The notes under the pieces: generated by a model | What the model saw: only the letters and a program-made list of their open reading frames with translations | Told to the model about the DNA's origin: nothing | The model's database searches: none | Assembly (NCBI GenBank): GCA_963712165.1 | Contig: CAVQGY010000002.1 | Coordinates: 1,094,611-1,158,610 of the forward strand | Origin: an uncultured Chloroflexia bacterium | Lineage (GTDB): Bacteria > Chloroflexota > Anaerolineae > Anaerolineales > UBA11858 | Direction of reading: 5' to 3' | DNA: 64,000 bases | Program-made: the position numbers and the translations under genes | Part shown: positions 53,400 to 62,771 of the stretch, in pieces | Position numbering within the stretch: position 1 is the stretch's first letter | How the letters are laid out: each line of letters begins with the position of its first letter

Positions 53400-54641
53400 A
53401 TGGACAAAGTGGGTTTTCACTACAGGGTTGATACAAATCACTATTCCGAGGCGGATCTTGGCCTGTGGCTTCCGAGATTAAAAGAATTAGGAGCCTCCTG
53501 GGTTGTCCTCAACGCGCCGATTAACCGGGCTATTCCCGAAGGATTCATAGCCACATTGAAAATGGAGGGTGTAGAACCTGTCCTGCATTTTCAGATCAAA
53601 CCCAGCCAGAATCCTGGGATCGAGGAAATGATCCTGCTCTTTGAGAGCTATCAACGCTGGGGAGTTAAGTACATCATCCTTTACGATCGCCCCAATCAGC
53701 AGGAAAGCTGGAGTACGGAAGCCTGGGCTCAGTCCGATCTGCCGGAACGGTTTCTAGATGGATATTTATCCCTGGCTGAAGCTGCTGTAGCTGTGGGCTT
53801 GATCCCGGTTTTTCCACCTCTGGAGCCGGGGGGTGATTATTGGGATATCACCTTCCTCCGTGGTGCCCTGGATGGGATTAAGCGCAGAGCATCCCAGCCT
53901 CTCCAAAACCGGCTCATCCTCAGCGCGTATGCTGGTTTGAACGGTCGACCGCTAGCATGGGGAAGGGGAGGTCCGCAATCCTGGCCGGAAGCTCAACCCT
54001 ATCACACCCCGGGAACCTCTCAAGACCAGTCGGGATTTCGAATTGCAGATTGGTATGGAACGATCTCGGAAACTGTACTGGATAGAAGATTGCCATTATT
54101 GATGCTGGGAATCCAGGGGCCTGGTCCAGCCGAAACCGATCTGATGGAAATGTTGGTGAACGGCGCCAGGTTGATAGCCCGACAGGCAGTAAATGGGCAG
54201 GAGCCGTTACCGGAGGAAGTTATTGGAGGCGCATTCTGGCTGCTGGTTGAAGATAATAACTCACCTGATACGATTGGCGGCTGGTATACACCTGAGGGTT
54301 CGCCCAGACCGATCGTGGAAGCCTTTACTTCTGGGGAGGAAACTTTGCCAGCCCCTAAGGGGTCGGGAGAGTTTCGATTCTCACATTATTTACTGCTGCC
54401 GAGCTTTGAGTGGGGGGTTGCTGAATGGCATTTGAATGTCACCCGCCCTTTTATCAAACGCCACCGGCCGACAGTGGGATTTTCGCTGGAGGAAGCCCTC
54501 CAGGCTGAGCAGGTGACCGTAGTTGGAGGAGAGGAGCATTTCTCTGAAAGGCAGCTCACTCACCTTCGTAATCAGGGCTGCCTGGTCAGGCGAATCGATG
54601 GAGATGGTACAAAAATTGCATCCCAATTGGCTGGGATCTAA
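53400..54641 (+). CDS. hypothetical protein immediately upstream of ftsZ
   Basis: 413-aa ORF (ATG 53400). No family confidently recognised. The N-terminal half is vaguely TIM-barrel/glycosidase-like. Confidence 0.65.
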   Translation: MDKVGFHYRVDTNHYSEADLGLWLPRLKELGASWVVLNAPINRAIPEGFIATLKMEGVEPVLHFQIKPSQNPGIEEMILLFESYQRWGVKYIILYDRPNQQESWSTEAWAQSDLPERFLDGYLSLAEAAVAVGLIPVFPPLEPGGDYWDITFLRGALDGIKRRASQPLQNRLILSAYAGLNGRPLAWGRGGPQSWPEAQPYHTPGTSQDQSGFRIADWYGTISETVLDRRLPLLMLGIQGPGPAETDLMEMLVNGARLIARQAVNGQEPLPEEVIGGAFWLLVEDNNSPDTIGGWYTPEGSPRPIVEAFTSGEETLPAPKGSGEFRFSHYLLLPSFEWGVAEWHLNVTRPFIKRHRPTVGFSLEEALQAEQVTVVGGEEHFSERQLTHLRNQGCLVRRIDGDGTKIASQLAGI

Positions 54642-54697
54642 TCTTATTTAACAATCATTGCCCGGGATTTGATGGCAATATCCAAGGAGACATACTT

Positions 54698-55882
54698 ATG
54701 TTCAACGAGAGCCTTGTAGATGATAGACTTCGAGACTGGGGAGAGGAACCCCCTTATATGCCGGTCATCAAGGTGATGGGATTAGGAGGAGGGGGCAGCA
54801 ATGCTGTCGACCGTATGATCGACTTTGGCCTGTATGGTGTGGATTTTATCATTGCCAATACAGACCGCCAGGCGATGGCTTTCAGCCAGGCTCCGGTGAA
54901 ACTCCAGCTCGGTCCGCAGCTGACCCGTGGGTTAGGGGCAGGCGGGGATCCCAGCGTCGGTGAGGCTGCTGCCCTGGAAAGCAAGGGCGATATTGCTATG
55001 GCCCTGCAGGGTGCGGATATGGTCTTCCTGACTGCTGGCATGGGCGGAGGGACAGGCACCGGATCGATTCCGGTGGCAGCCGAAGTTGCCAAAGAATTGG
55101 GCATCATCACGGTAGCGGTGGTCACCAAACCATTCGGTTTCGAGGTGGGAGGAAGGCAGAGTAACGCTGAAGAGGGGCTGATGAAGCTCCAACCCCATGT
55201 CAATACCCTGATCACCATCCCTAACGAACGTCTGCTGCAAACAGTCTCGGAAAAAGCCACTCTCACGGAAGCTTTCCATTTAGCGGATGATGTCCTGCGG
55301 CAAGCAGTGCAGAGCATTACTGAATTGATCACCCATCCAGGCACTATCAACGTCGATTTCGCCCATATTGAACGAGTCATGAAGTTGGGTGGCGGGGCGC
55401 TGATGAGCATTGGTCAGGCATCCGGTGAGGAAAAAGCCCTTAATGCTATCAAACAAGCCCTTTTCCATCCTTTGCTGGAGGATATCTCCTTGGTCAATGC
55501 CTCAGGGTTGATCGTCAATTTCACCTCGGGCAAGGACCTGACCTTGATGGATATTGGTATGGCTCTGAACTATCTCCAGGAGCAGATACCTCCAGATGCA
55601 GAGGTGATCTTCGGTACAACCCAGAACGATCATTTCGAAGGCCGGGTGCAGGTGAATCTAATCGTCACCGGCCTGGGTGCGACAACTTTCGAGGATGTCT
55701 TCAGCTCTTTTACCAGAGAGGACCGGGAATCACCCCCACCTCTCCAACGCAAAGCGGTCAAAGAGAGCTCTGGCGGGGAAGATGGTGAAATCAACCAGCG
55801 TTCTGAGATGGGCCGAGATCCCCTGGACGTGCCAGCTTTTATGCGCCGCAGGGCGTATGCCAGCTCACAATTCGGCAGCTGA
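54698..55882 (+). CDS. ftsZ: cell division protein FtsZ
   Basis: GLGGGGSNAV, GGGTGTGSIPV, NVDFA. The C-terminal DVPAFMRR peptide is conserved. Confidence 0.95.
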   Translation: MFNESLVDDRLRDWGEEPPYMPVIKVMGLGGGGSNAVDRMIDFGLYGVDFIIANTDRQAMAFSQAPVKLQLGPQLTRGLGAGGDPSVGEAAALESKGDIAMALQGADMVFLTAGMGGGTGTGSIPVAAEVAKELGIITVAVVTKPFGFEVGGRQSNAEEGLMKLQPHVNTLITIPNERLLQTVSEKATLTEAFHLADDVLRQAVQSITELITHPGTINVDFAHIERVMKLGGGALMSIGQASGEEKALNAIKQALFHPLLEDISLVNASGLIVNFTSGKDLTLMDIGMALNYLQEQIPPDAEVIFGTTQNDHFEGRVQVNLIVTGLGATTFEDVFSSFTREDRESPPPLQRKAVKESSGGEDGEINQRSEMGRDPLDVPAFMRRRAYASSQFGS

Positions 55883-55902
55883 GCGGAAAAGGAGAGAATG
55901 AC

Positions 55903-56130
55903 TTGAAAGCTAAGCTGATCGATCATATATCAGAGGAAGTCTACCGGAAACATCCGGATCTCAAGGGAGTAAAGCCCAAGATCGCTCCCAGGGAAGGTGA
56001 TCCTTCAGGTGACACTCTGCTCGTGTACCAGAAGAAAGTTTCAGGTCCGGGAGGGAAAAGCATTAACCGTATCGTGCGGGCCGTTGCAGATCAAAATGGG
56101 AAGATCAAAAAGATCTCTACCTCAAAATGA
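55903..56130 (+). CDS. small basic hypothetical protein (75 aa)
   Basis: TTG start 7 nt after GGAGAG, 20 nt after the ftsZ stop. Confidence 0.45.
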   Translation: MKAKLIDHISEEVYRKHPDLKGVKPKIAPREGDPSGDTLLVYQKKVSGPGGKSINRIVRAVADQNGKIKKISTSK

Positions 56131-56143
56131 ACAGGAGCTGGTC

Positions 56144-56350
56144 ATGAAAGTGGTATTGGAAAGATTGGAATACAGCTGGTGGAATTTTCACATCCGCACC
56201 CTGGATGAATCGAACTGGATCCGGGGGGTCCTGCCAAAGGTCAAAGGGCTGTGGGAAAGGAGGGAAGAAGCCACGCCTTATTTAGTACTATCGGTTTTGG
56301 GTTTTCCTTTGGGTGTGCTGGTGGGATATTTAATGGTCGTTTTTCAATGA
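56144..56350 (+). CDS. small hypothetical protein with C-terminal TM helix (68 aa)
   Basis: ATG 56144 follows AGGAG. MKVVLERLEYSWWNF...YLVLSVLGFPLGVLVGYLMVVFQ. Confidence 0.45.
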   Translation: MKVVLERLEYSWWNFHIRTLDESNWIRGVLPKVKGLWERREEATPYLVLSVLGFPLGVLVGYLMVVFQ

Positions 56351-56413
56351 TCAGCCAGTGAACATTACTATTTACCGGGCTGGGGAATCACCTCAGCCCG
56401 GTATGGTTTAACC

Positions 56414-56737
56414 TTACTTCCTTAGCGCATCCAGGATCGGCCCCAGGAGATTGCTATAGGATTCGAGAGCTTTCTCCCCTTCCTGAGTGATTTTTACGAT
56501 CGTTTTTGGCACCCGTTCTATGAATTTCTTCTCGATCTTTACGTAACCAGCGCCCTCCAATTTGCTTAAATTGGCAGAGAGGTTTCCCCGGGTCAAATCT
56601 GCAGCGTTGCTGATGAAGGTGAAATCAGCTTCTTCCACACTCATCAGCACCAGGAGGATCTTCAGACGGGTGGGGGAGTGGATTACACGGTCAAGATCAG
56701 ATATATCGCGGGGATCTATGGGATGGCTTTCATTCAT
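56414..56737 (-). CDS. winged-helix (ArsR/HTH_34-like) transcriptional regulator, cassette B
   Basis: IHSPTRLKILLVLMSVEEADFTFISNAADLTRGNLSANLSKLEGAGYVKIEKKFIERVPKTIVKITQEG. ATGA overlap with the upstream gene. Confidence 0.85.
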   Translation of the reverse strand: MNESHPIDPRDISDLDRVIHSPTRLKILLVLMSVEEADFTFISNAADLTRGNLSANLSKLEGAGYVKIEKKFIERVPKTIVKITQEGEKALESYSNLLGPILDALRK

Positions 56738-57312
56738 ACTTTGCCTTCCTCATCTTTGGGATCAGCGGGATACTTCTTGAGAAAGCGCACAAAAAGAAAC
56801 ACTCCCAAAGCCATTAAAATCCCACCAACCAGAATGATGATGGTTGGAGTGAGTACTTTATAGCCCAATCCCACAATAAAGAAAACAGGAACAAATATGG
56901 CGTATAAGGTTATTCTGTTCCACCCTTTATCAAGTGCAAAGAGAAGAGCAATGCCTAAGAGGCCAACGATAATTGGTGCTCGAGCTCCCTGATTCTCGCC
57001 CTGTAAACTAACCAGCAGGGAACCGATGATGACTATCATGCCGGCGCCGAATAGGATGGGTCGGGGTATGGAAGCCGGTTTTAAAAATTTTGCGTACCCG
57101 AAGCGAGGAATCACATAACGCTGCTTCAGGGGAGCAATCAGCAATATCGGCATCCAGCCCAGAAAGGAAAAGATGGTTAAACTGGTCTGCAGGAAGATCC
57201 CGGCTGAAACCAGCGCCCAGCCGACAAAGAAATCCAGCAGGCCATCATTATGGAATGTGCGAGCGTACTGCTTCTTGAGTTCTTTGGTTTTCTCAGCTAA
57301 TTGATCGTTCAT
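56734..57312 (-). CDS. polytopic membrane protein, cassette B (paralogue of 46658-47266)
   Basis: YARTFHNDGLLDFFVG...LKQRYVIPRFGYAKF...LVGGILMALGVFLFVRFL. ATG 57312 lies 6 nt after AAGGAG (the track ORF starts at 57327). Confidence 0.75.
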   Translation of the reverse strand: MNDQLAEKTKELKKQYARTFHNDGLLDFFVGWALVSAGIFLQTSLTIFSFLGWMPILLIAPLKQRYVIPRFGYAKFLKPASIPRPILFGAGMIVIIGSLLVSLQGENQGARAPIIVGLLGIALLFALDKGWNRITLYAIFVPVFFIVGLGYKVLTPTIIILVGGILMALGVFLFVRFLKKYPADPKDEEGKV

Positions 57313-57328
57313 GAGCAACTCCTTCATA

Positions 57329-57389
57329 TATAAACATGTTTATAAACTAAACATGATAACATAATAAACTATGGGAGAAGCTTTGTCAA
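57329..57389 (-). promoter_or_regulatory. consensus-like promoter plus 16-nt perfect palindrome upstream of cassette B
   Basis: On the minus strand: TTGACA (57389-57384), 17-nt spacer, TATTAT (57366-57361). Then TATAAACATGTTTATA (57329-57344) sits between the -10 and the RBS. Confidence 0.5.
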
Positions 57390-57571
57390 GTATGAAATTA
57401 GATCAATTTGGGTCGATTCCCGTGGTTGCCCAGGTTATCCATTTTGTAATCGTTGATGGAAAGGGTTTCCCATCCATCTAGTGGTATGATTCAACTTACA
57501 GAGCGAAATACCATTCCAACTGGCAGAAAAAGGGTTTTCAGCCGGTATTTTCGCTTGAAATCGGCAAAAAT

Positions 57572-58321
57572 ATGAAACCTAAGCCGCTGCTGGTCCTGTT
57601 CTTGATCTGTTTCAGCTTGTTCCTCTTTCTGGGATTCAAGGCCAGTCAGGCTGTGTTTTCCGGGGATATACCATCCCGACCGGGGCTGAACACCACTTCC
57701 GGACCAGTCCTGATAGAAGAGTCGACCAAAGCCGCGGTTCTGGATCCATTTACGCTGGTCATCCTGGTGGATGATTTGCTGGCGCTCAACCCCAGCCTGC
57801 AGGGAGTCTGGCTCAACCGTTCGACCGATGGAGGGGTAGGGGCGCTGTTCTTCCCGATCTTCCCTTCCCAAGCCGAGGATGGCACCCAGCGGGATCTGAA
57901 TCTGCGGGGAGCGTTCTGGCTTGAGGAATCCCTGGCTCTCTCCCAGGAGTTCCAGACCATCCTGTGGGACAGGAATCTATCCTGGCACCAGGTCTTGATC
58001 CTGGACCATTCTGCTATGGCTGAGATCAACCTGATCCTGGCAGAGCTCAACCCGGACTATCTTTCACTTAACTCGGTGGGCCTGTCCGGCTTGTCCTACA
58101 CTGTGGAGCATCGGGATTTGGTCCAGATCAATCAAGCCTTGTTCATCCGCGATCTCTGCAGCCAGCTGCCCTTGTCCGCCCACAATGAGTTATCTCAGCG
58201 GGCCCTGAATGGATTTGCGGGCCATCTGATATTTAGCGGCACGGCTCCCGCAACTTTTATTGGATCGTGGAGCGGAGTCAGCTATTGTCTGTTTCCAACC
58301 ATGACCTTACCAGCAAGATAA
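57572..58321 (+). CDS. hypothetical membrane-anchored/secreted protein
   Basis: N-terminal hydrophobic segment LLVLFLICFSLFLFLGF. No family recognised. Confidence 0.6.
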   Translation: MKPKPLLVLFLICFSLFLFLGFKASQAVFSGDIPSRPGLNTTSGPVLIEESTKAAVLDPFTLVILVDDLLALNPSLQGVWLNRSTDGGVGALFFPIFPSQAEDGTQRDLNLRGAFWLEESLALSQEFQTILWDRNLSWHQVLILDHSAMAEINLILAELNPDYLSLNSVGLSGLSYTVEHRDLVQINQALFIRDLCSQLPLSAHNELSQRALNGFAGHLIFSGTAPATFIGSWSGVSYCLFPTMTLPAR

Positions 58322-58327
58322 ATATCT

Positions 58328-59320
58328 ATGATCTCAACCGCTGCGGCCGCCGCCCACCCGAATATCGCTTTTATCAAATACTGGGGAAACCAGGATGATA
58401 CCTGGCGGATTCCATCCAACAGTTCCTTATCCATGAACCTGGACGGACTGGAAACCCGCACAACTGTGCAGTTTGACACTGGCAAGGATGGCGACCAGTT
58501 GATCCTCAATGGTGAGTCTATCGAAGGAGATCCATTAAAGCGAGTCAGTGCCACCCTTGATCGGATCCGTCTGCTGGCGGATTTGAATACATCGGCTCTG
58601 ATCAAGAGTGAGAATAACTTCCCGGCTGGAGCCGGGATCGCCTCCTCAGCCTCTGCTTTTGCAGCATTGGTCCTGGCTGGAGCGACTGCCCTGGGTCTGT
58701 GCCTCTCCGAGCGGGAGTTATCCCAGCTGGCCCGAACGGGTTCTGGTTCAGCCAGCAGATCCATCCCGGGTGGTTTTGTGGAATGGCAGGCAGGCACTGA
58801 TCATGATTCCTCCTTTGCTGCCTCGATTGCTGGCCCGGAGCACTGGGATCTGGTGGACTATATTGTCCTGATCAGCTCCCAGCATAAAGCGGTCGGCTCT
58901 TCCCGGGGCCATCAACTGGCGGGCACCAGCCCCCTGCAGAAAGCCCGGGTTGCCGATGCAGAGCGCCGGCTGGAAATGTGCCGGGATGCCTTGCTTAACA
59001 AGGATTTTCCCGCTTTCGCGGAGGTTGTTGAGCGAGACTCCAACCTGATGCACAGTGTGATGATGACATCCTCACCGCCTCTCTATTATTGGGAGCCGGG
59101 CACCTTGGAGATCATCAACGCGGTCAGGGAATGGCGCGAGGACGGCTTGCAGGTCTGTTTTACGATTGATGCCGGCCCCAACGTGCATCTGATCTGCCCG
59201 GGATCAGATGCTGAAGCTGTTAAACGGCGCCTGACCAGCCTGGTGAATATTAGATCGATATTAAAATGCACTCCGGGAGGTCCTGCCTGGCTTATCGAAC
59301 CAGAAATCTCTGGTGTATAA
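58328..59320 (+). CDS. mvaD: diphosphomevalonate (or phosphomevalonate) decarboxylase, GHMP-kinase fold
   Basis: AHPNIAFIKYWGN, PAGAGIASSASAFAALV, GSGSASRS, FTIDAGPNVH. Confidence 0.85.
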   Translation: MISTAAAAAHPNIAFIKYWGNQDDTWRIPSNSSLSMNLDGLETRTTVQFDTGKDGDQLILNGESIEGDPLKRVSATLDRIRLLADLNTSALIKSENNFPAGAGIASSASAFAALVLAGATALGLCLSERELSQLARTGSGSASRSIPGGFVEWQAGTDHDSSFAASIAGPEHWDLVDYIVLISSQHKAVGSSRGHQLAGTSPLQKARVADAERRLEMCRDALLNKDFPAFAEVVERDSNLMHSVMMTSSPPLYYWEPGTLEIINAVREWREDGLQVCFTIDAGPNVHLICPGSDAEAVKRRLTSLVNIRSILKCTPGGPAWLIEPEISGV

Positions 59321-59376
59321 TCTTATGTTCATTCAAGTAACCAATGATTGGTTAATAGATAGGATTGGATAAATAA

Positions 59377-60423
59377 ATGTCAGAAACCCTTGTTCAGTTA
59401 TTCGTTGTGATTACTTTGATGATCCTCCTCCATGAGCTGGGCCATTTTTTTGCCTGCCGGCTTTTCGGTATTCCGGTGGAGGAATTTGGATTCGGAATTC
59501 CTCCCCGCATCACCCGGATGTTTACACTGAGGGGAACGGATTATACGCTCAACTGGATTCCATTGGGCGGCTTTGTTCGACCCCGGGGAGAAGCTCAGCC
59601 TGAGATCGAGGGCGGCCTGGCAGCTTCCAAACCCCTGGTGCGGATTGGCGTCTATCTCGCCGGCCCTCTGATGAATCTGCTGGCTGCAGTGGCTATTTTT
59701 GCGGTCATCTACAGCCGGATCGGATTGCCCGACTATTCCGTGATCCAGATCCATGAAGTGGTTCAGAGCTCACCTGCTGCTGAGGCGGGCCTCCAAGTAG
59801 GCGACACAGTCGTGTCAATCAATGACAAAGAGGCCACTAGCTATGATTATTTTCGGAGTGAGATCCAGGAACACCTGGGAGAAGAGATCATCATTACCTA
59901 TGAAAGAGAAGGAGTGATTGGAGAAGTTTCTCTGATTCCCAGGGCGGATCCGCCAGAAAATGAAGGAGCTATCGGTATATTAATGACCAGCCCGATCGAA
60001 AAGATCAATTGGTTCCAGGCGCTGCCATTAGCGGTTAAAGCTACCGGTCAGTACAGCGTGGCTTTGTTGAAATTGCCTGGTCAGATGATCCGAGGTTTGG
60101 CTGATAGACCAGTGGGATACAAGGGCATCTATGATGCTTTTTCCGGCGCCAAGGAAGGCCGACTGATACCTGGTACATCGGTGGATGTCAATGTGCTGTT
60201 CTTCTTTGTGATGATCACAGTCTCACTTGGCGTTCTAAATCTACTGCCCATCCCCGCGCTGGATGGCGGAAGGATCCTGTTTGTGCTGCCCGAGTTGATA
60301 TTGGGCAGAAAGGTACCCCAGCAAGTACAGAATGTGGTTAACGCAATCGGGTTCTTCAGTGTTATATTGTTATTGATCTATATTAATATCCTGGACTTTA
60401 CCTCCCCAGTACAATTGCCCTGA
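59377..60423 (+). CDS. rseP: site-2 (M50) intramembrane metalloprotease RseP-like, with PDZ domain
   Basis: HELGHF, PDZ (AAEAGLQVGDTVVSIND), NLLPIPALDGG. Confidence 0.88.
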   Translation: MSETLVQLFVVITLMILLHELGHFFACRLFGIPVEEFGFGIPPRITRMFTLRGTDYTLNWIPLGGFVRPRGEAQPEIEGGLAASKPLVRIGVYLAGPLMNLLAAVAIFAVIYSRIGLPDYSVIQIHEVVQSSPAAEAGLQVGDTVVSINDKEATSYDYFRSEIQEHLGEEIIITYEREGVIGEVSLIPRADPPENEGAIGILMTSPIEKINWFQALPLAVKATGQYSVALLKLPGQMIRGLADRPVGYKGIYDAFSGAKEGRLIPGTSVDVNVLFFFVMITVSLGVLNLLPIPALDGGRILFVLPELILGRKVPQQVQNVVNAIGFFSVILLLIYINILDFTSPVQLP

Positions 60424-61505
60424 TGGAAGAATCATTTTTACCACCCCTGGAAGATCTACCTTTTGATGAGGTAGTCAACGCCCTTTTGGATAAGGAAGAG
60501 GTGTTGGACCCCCTGTTCCTTTACCGCCTGTCAGATATCAGCCCGGAAGATCTATCTGCCTTGAAGACAATCTGGGGGGAGATCCACTTAGAACGGCGAA
60601 GAGGGTTGATCGAAGACCTAGAGGAGCTGACGGATACCAACAATCTACTTTCCTTTGAACCAGTCTTCAGGCTGGCGCTCAAAGATGTAGATGAACAAGT
60701 TCGCTTTTTTGCCATTCGGGCGATCGAGATCTTTGACACGGATGACCTGATTCCCTATTTTCTGGCTGTTCTGAAAGAAGAGACCTCTCTGAATTTGCGG
60801 GCAGTGACCGCTTCGGTGTTAGGAAAATATATTTACAGGGGAGAGCTGGACAAGATCGGCAAAGATCAGCAGAAAGAGATTGAAGACCATCTACTGGCTG
60901 TTCTGGATAGTGAAGATCCTGGAGAAGTGAGGCGCAGGGCTCTGGAGGCGATCAGCTATTCCTCTCGGGAGGAAATCCGGGACCAGATCCTCAAAGCCTA
61001 CAAGAGTGAAGACGAGGATTGGATTGCCAGCTCTTTGTTTGCCATGGGCCGCTCCTATGACCTTGATTACTGCGATATGGTAGTGGATAAACTTCAGCAT
61101 ACTTCTCCCAAGATCCGGCTGGAAGCAGTCCGGGCATGCGGCGAGTTGGTGATAGAGGATGCGGTGCCCATTATCCTGGATCTTCTCAACGATTTGCCCG
61201 AAATCCGGGGCGCCGCCATTTGGACCTTATCCCAGATCGGTGGTGAAGATGTTGGTCAAGCTATCTACGAGCTGCTTGATGATGAGACCCCGGCTGAGGA
61301 AGAGGAACTTATCCAGCAGGCGCTGGAAAGACTGGATTTTCTCGATGAAGGGGTAGATCTGGCATTATTCAATCTCCCTTATGATGATGACGAATACATC
61401 CTGGATGATTATGATTATGAACAGGATGACTATGATGATGATTTTGACAGCGATGATATCGGTCTGGATGACTTTGATCTGGATGATGATCTCTGGATGG
61501 AATAG
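60423..61505 (+). CDS. HEAT-repeat protein with a strongly acidic C-terminal tail
   Basis: Start overlaps the rseP stop (TGATG). Repeated ...VR..A..AL... helices. Tail is DDDEYILDDYDYEQDDYDDDFDSDDIGLDDFDLDDD. Confidence 0.7.
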   Translation: MEESFLPPLEDLPFDEVVNALLDKEEVLDPLFLYRLSDISPEDLSALKTIWGEIHLERRRGLIEDLEELTDTNNLLSFEPVFRLALKDVDEQVRFFAIRAIEIFDTDDLIPYFLAVLKEETSLNLRAVTASVLGKYIYRGELDKIGKDQQKEIEDHLLAVLDSEDPGEVRRRALEAISYSSREEIRDQILKAYKSEDEDWIASSLFAMGRSYDLDYCDMVVDKLQHTSPKIRLEAVRACGELVIEDAVPIILDLLNDLPEIRGAAIWTLSQIGGEDVGQAIYELLDDETPAEEEELIQQALERLDFLDEGVDLALFNLPYDDDEYILDDYDYEQDDYDDDFDSDDIGLDDFDLDDDLWME

Positions 61506-61520
61506 GCAAGCAATATTCTT

Positions 61521-62771
61521 ATGCAATCTCAAACAGATCACAAAGGCAAAACCCAATCAATAATACTTATCTTGCTGGCCCTGATATTGGTCCTGGCTGG
61601 GCCGATCAGATCAACCATCTCGGCCCAAGAATCTGTCACTATTCTTGATCAGGGTGTGGATTTCAGTTTTGGGGATAGGATCACTTTCCGGCTGTCCTAT
61701 GAGAGTGAAAACCCCGTTGAAAGCATCTCGCTGATAGTCCAGGCGCCTGGAGTGCCATCATTTGTCGGGGCAGTAGCCATGAATGGCGATGGGGAAGGGG
61801 CCTTTGTGTATCTGGTATCGGATCGACCGCTGCCTGCGTTTTCCAGTATCAGCTATTCCTTTCAGTTTACTCTTGCCGATGGGATGCTGGTTTCCTCCCC
61901 GGTTTATCATTTCACCTATCTGGATAATCGTTATAATTGGCAAGAACTGATCGGCGAACCCTTTCGAATCTACTGGTATGAAGGGGAGATCATGCTAGCC
62001 CAAGATGTTCTTGATGCTGCCAAAATGGGTCAGACAAAAACCCTTGACTTGCTCCAGCAGCCGCCGGATATGGAACCCATTGTGATCTTCATCTACTCCT
62101 CAGAAGAGGACCTGCGGTCGACCCTGTCTTTTATCGGCCAAGACTGGGTCAGCGGTTATGCAGATCCTGCTCTGGGGTCTATCGTTGTCGCCCTGCCCCC
62201 TGCTGTAGATCAGCCGCTGGAGATCCAGCGCTTGGTACCTCATGAGGTAGCTCATATACTGCTCTACCGCTTTATGGGCGCGGAATTCGATTATCTTCCT
62301 GCCTGGCTTAATGAAGGCATTGCATCCCAGATGGAGATCTATTCCCTGGCTGAGTACGATCTCGTCCTCGAACGAGCTCAAGAGGCGAGGGACCTGATCC
62401 CAATGAGCCATCTTTGCGAAGCGTTTCCATCTGATGACGAGCTGGCATTTCTGGCTTATGCACAGTCAGATTCCCTGGTAGAGTATATTCAGGACAAATA
62501 CGGGCTCCCGGGCCTGCAATCCCTGATCTTCGCTTATGACCAGGGGGTTAGTTGTGAACGGGGAGTTGAGATGTCCCTTGGTTTAACTCTCCAGGAACTT
62601 GAACAAGATTGGCTGTTAAACCGTTTCAACCGGGTGACATTGATGACCTTGATCTACATACTCGCCGCAGTCCTGGTAGCCCTAATAATCGGACTTGGCT
62701 TGTTTATTTACTTTAAGGTGAGAGTGGATCCTGAAGAAGCGGACTGGAAAGAAGATGAACTCTACACCTGA
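61521..62771 (+). CDS. peptidase-MA-like zinc metallopeptidase with signal peptide and C-terminal TM anchor
   Basis: HExxH (VPHEVAHIL) with downstream NEGIASQME. N-terminal signal sequence and C-terminal helix LIYILAAVLVALIIGLGLFIYF. Confidence 0.7.
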   Translation: MQSQTDHKGKTQSIILILLALILVLAGPIRSTISAQESVTILDQGVDFSFGDRITFRLSYESENPVESISLIVQAPGVPSFVGAVAMNGDGEGAFVYLVSDRPLPAFSSISYSFQFTLADGMLVSSPVYHFTYLDNRYNWQELIGEPFRIYWYEGEIMLAQDVLDAAKMGQTKTLDLLQQPPDMEPIVIFIYSSEEDLRSTLSFIGQDWVSGYADPALGSIVVALPPAVDQPLEIQRLVPHEVAHILLYRFMGAEFDYLPAWLNEGIASQMEIYSLAEYDLVLERAQEARDLIPMSHLCEAFPSDDELAFLAYAQSDSLVEYIQDKYGLPGLQSLIFAYDQGVSCERGVEMSLGLTLQELEQDWLLNRFNRVTLMTLIYILAAVLVALIIGLGLFIYFKVRVDPEEADWKEDELYT

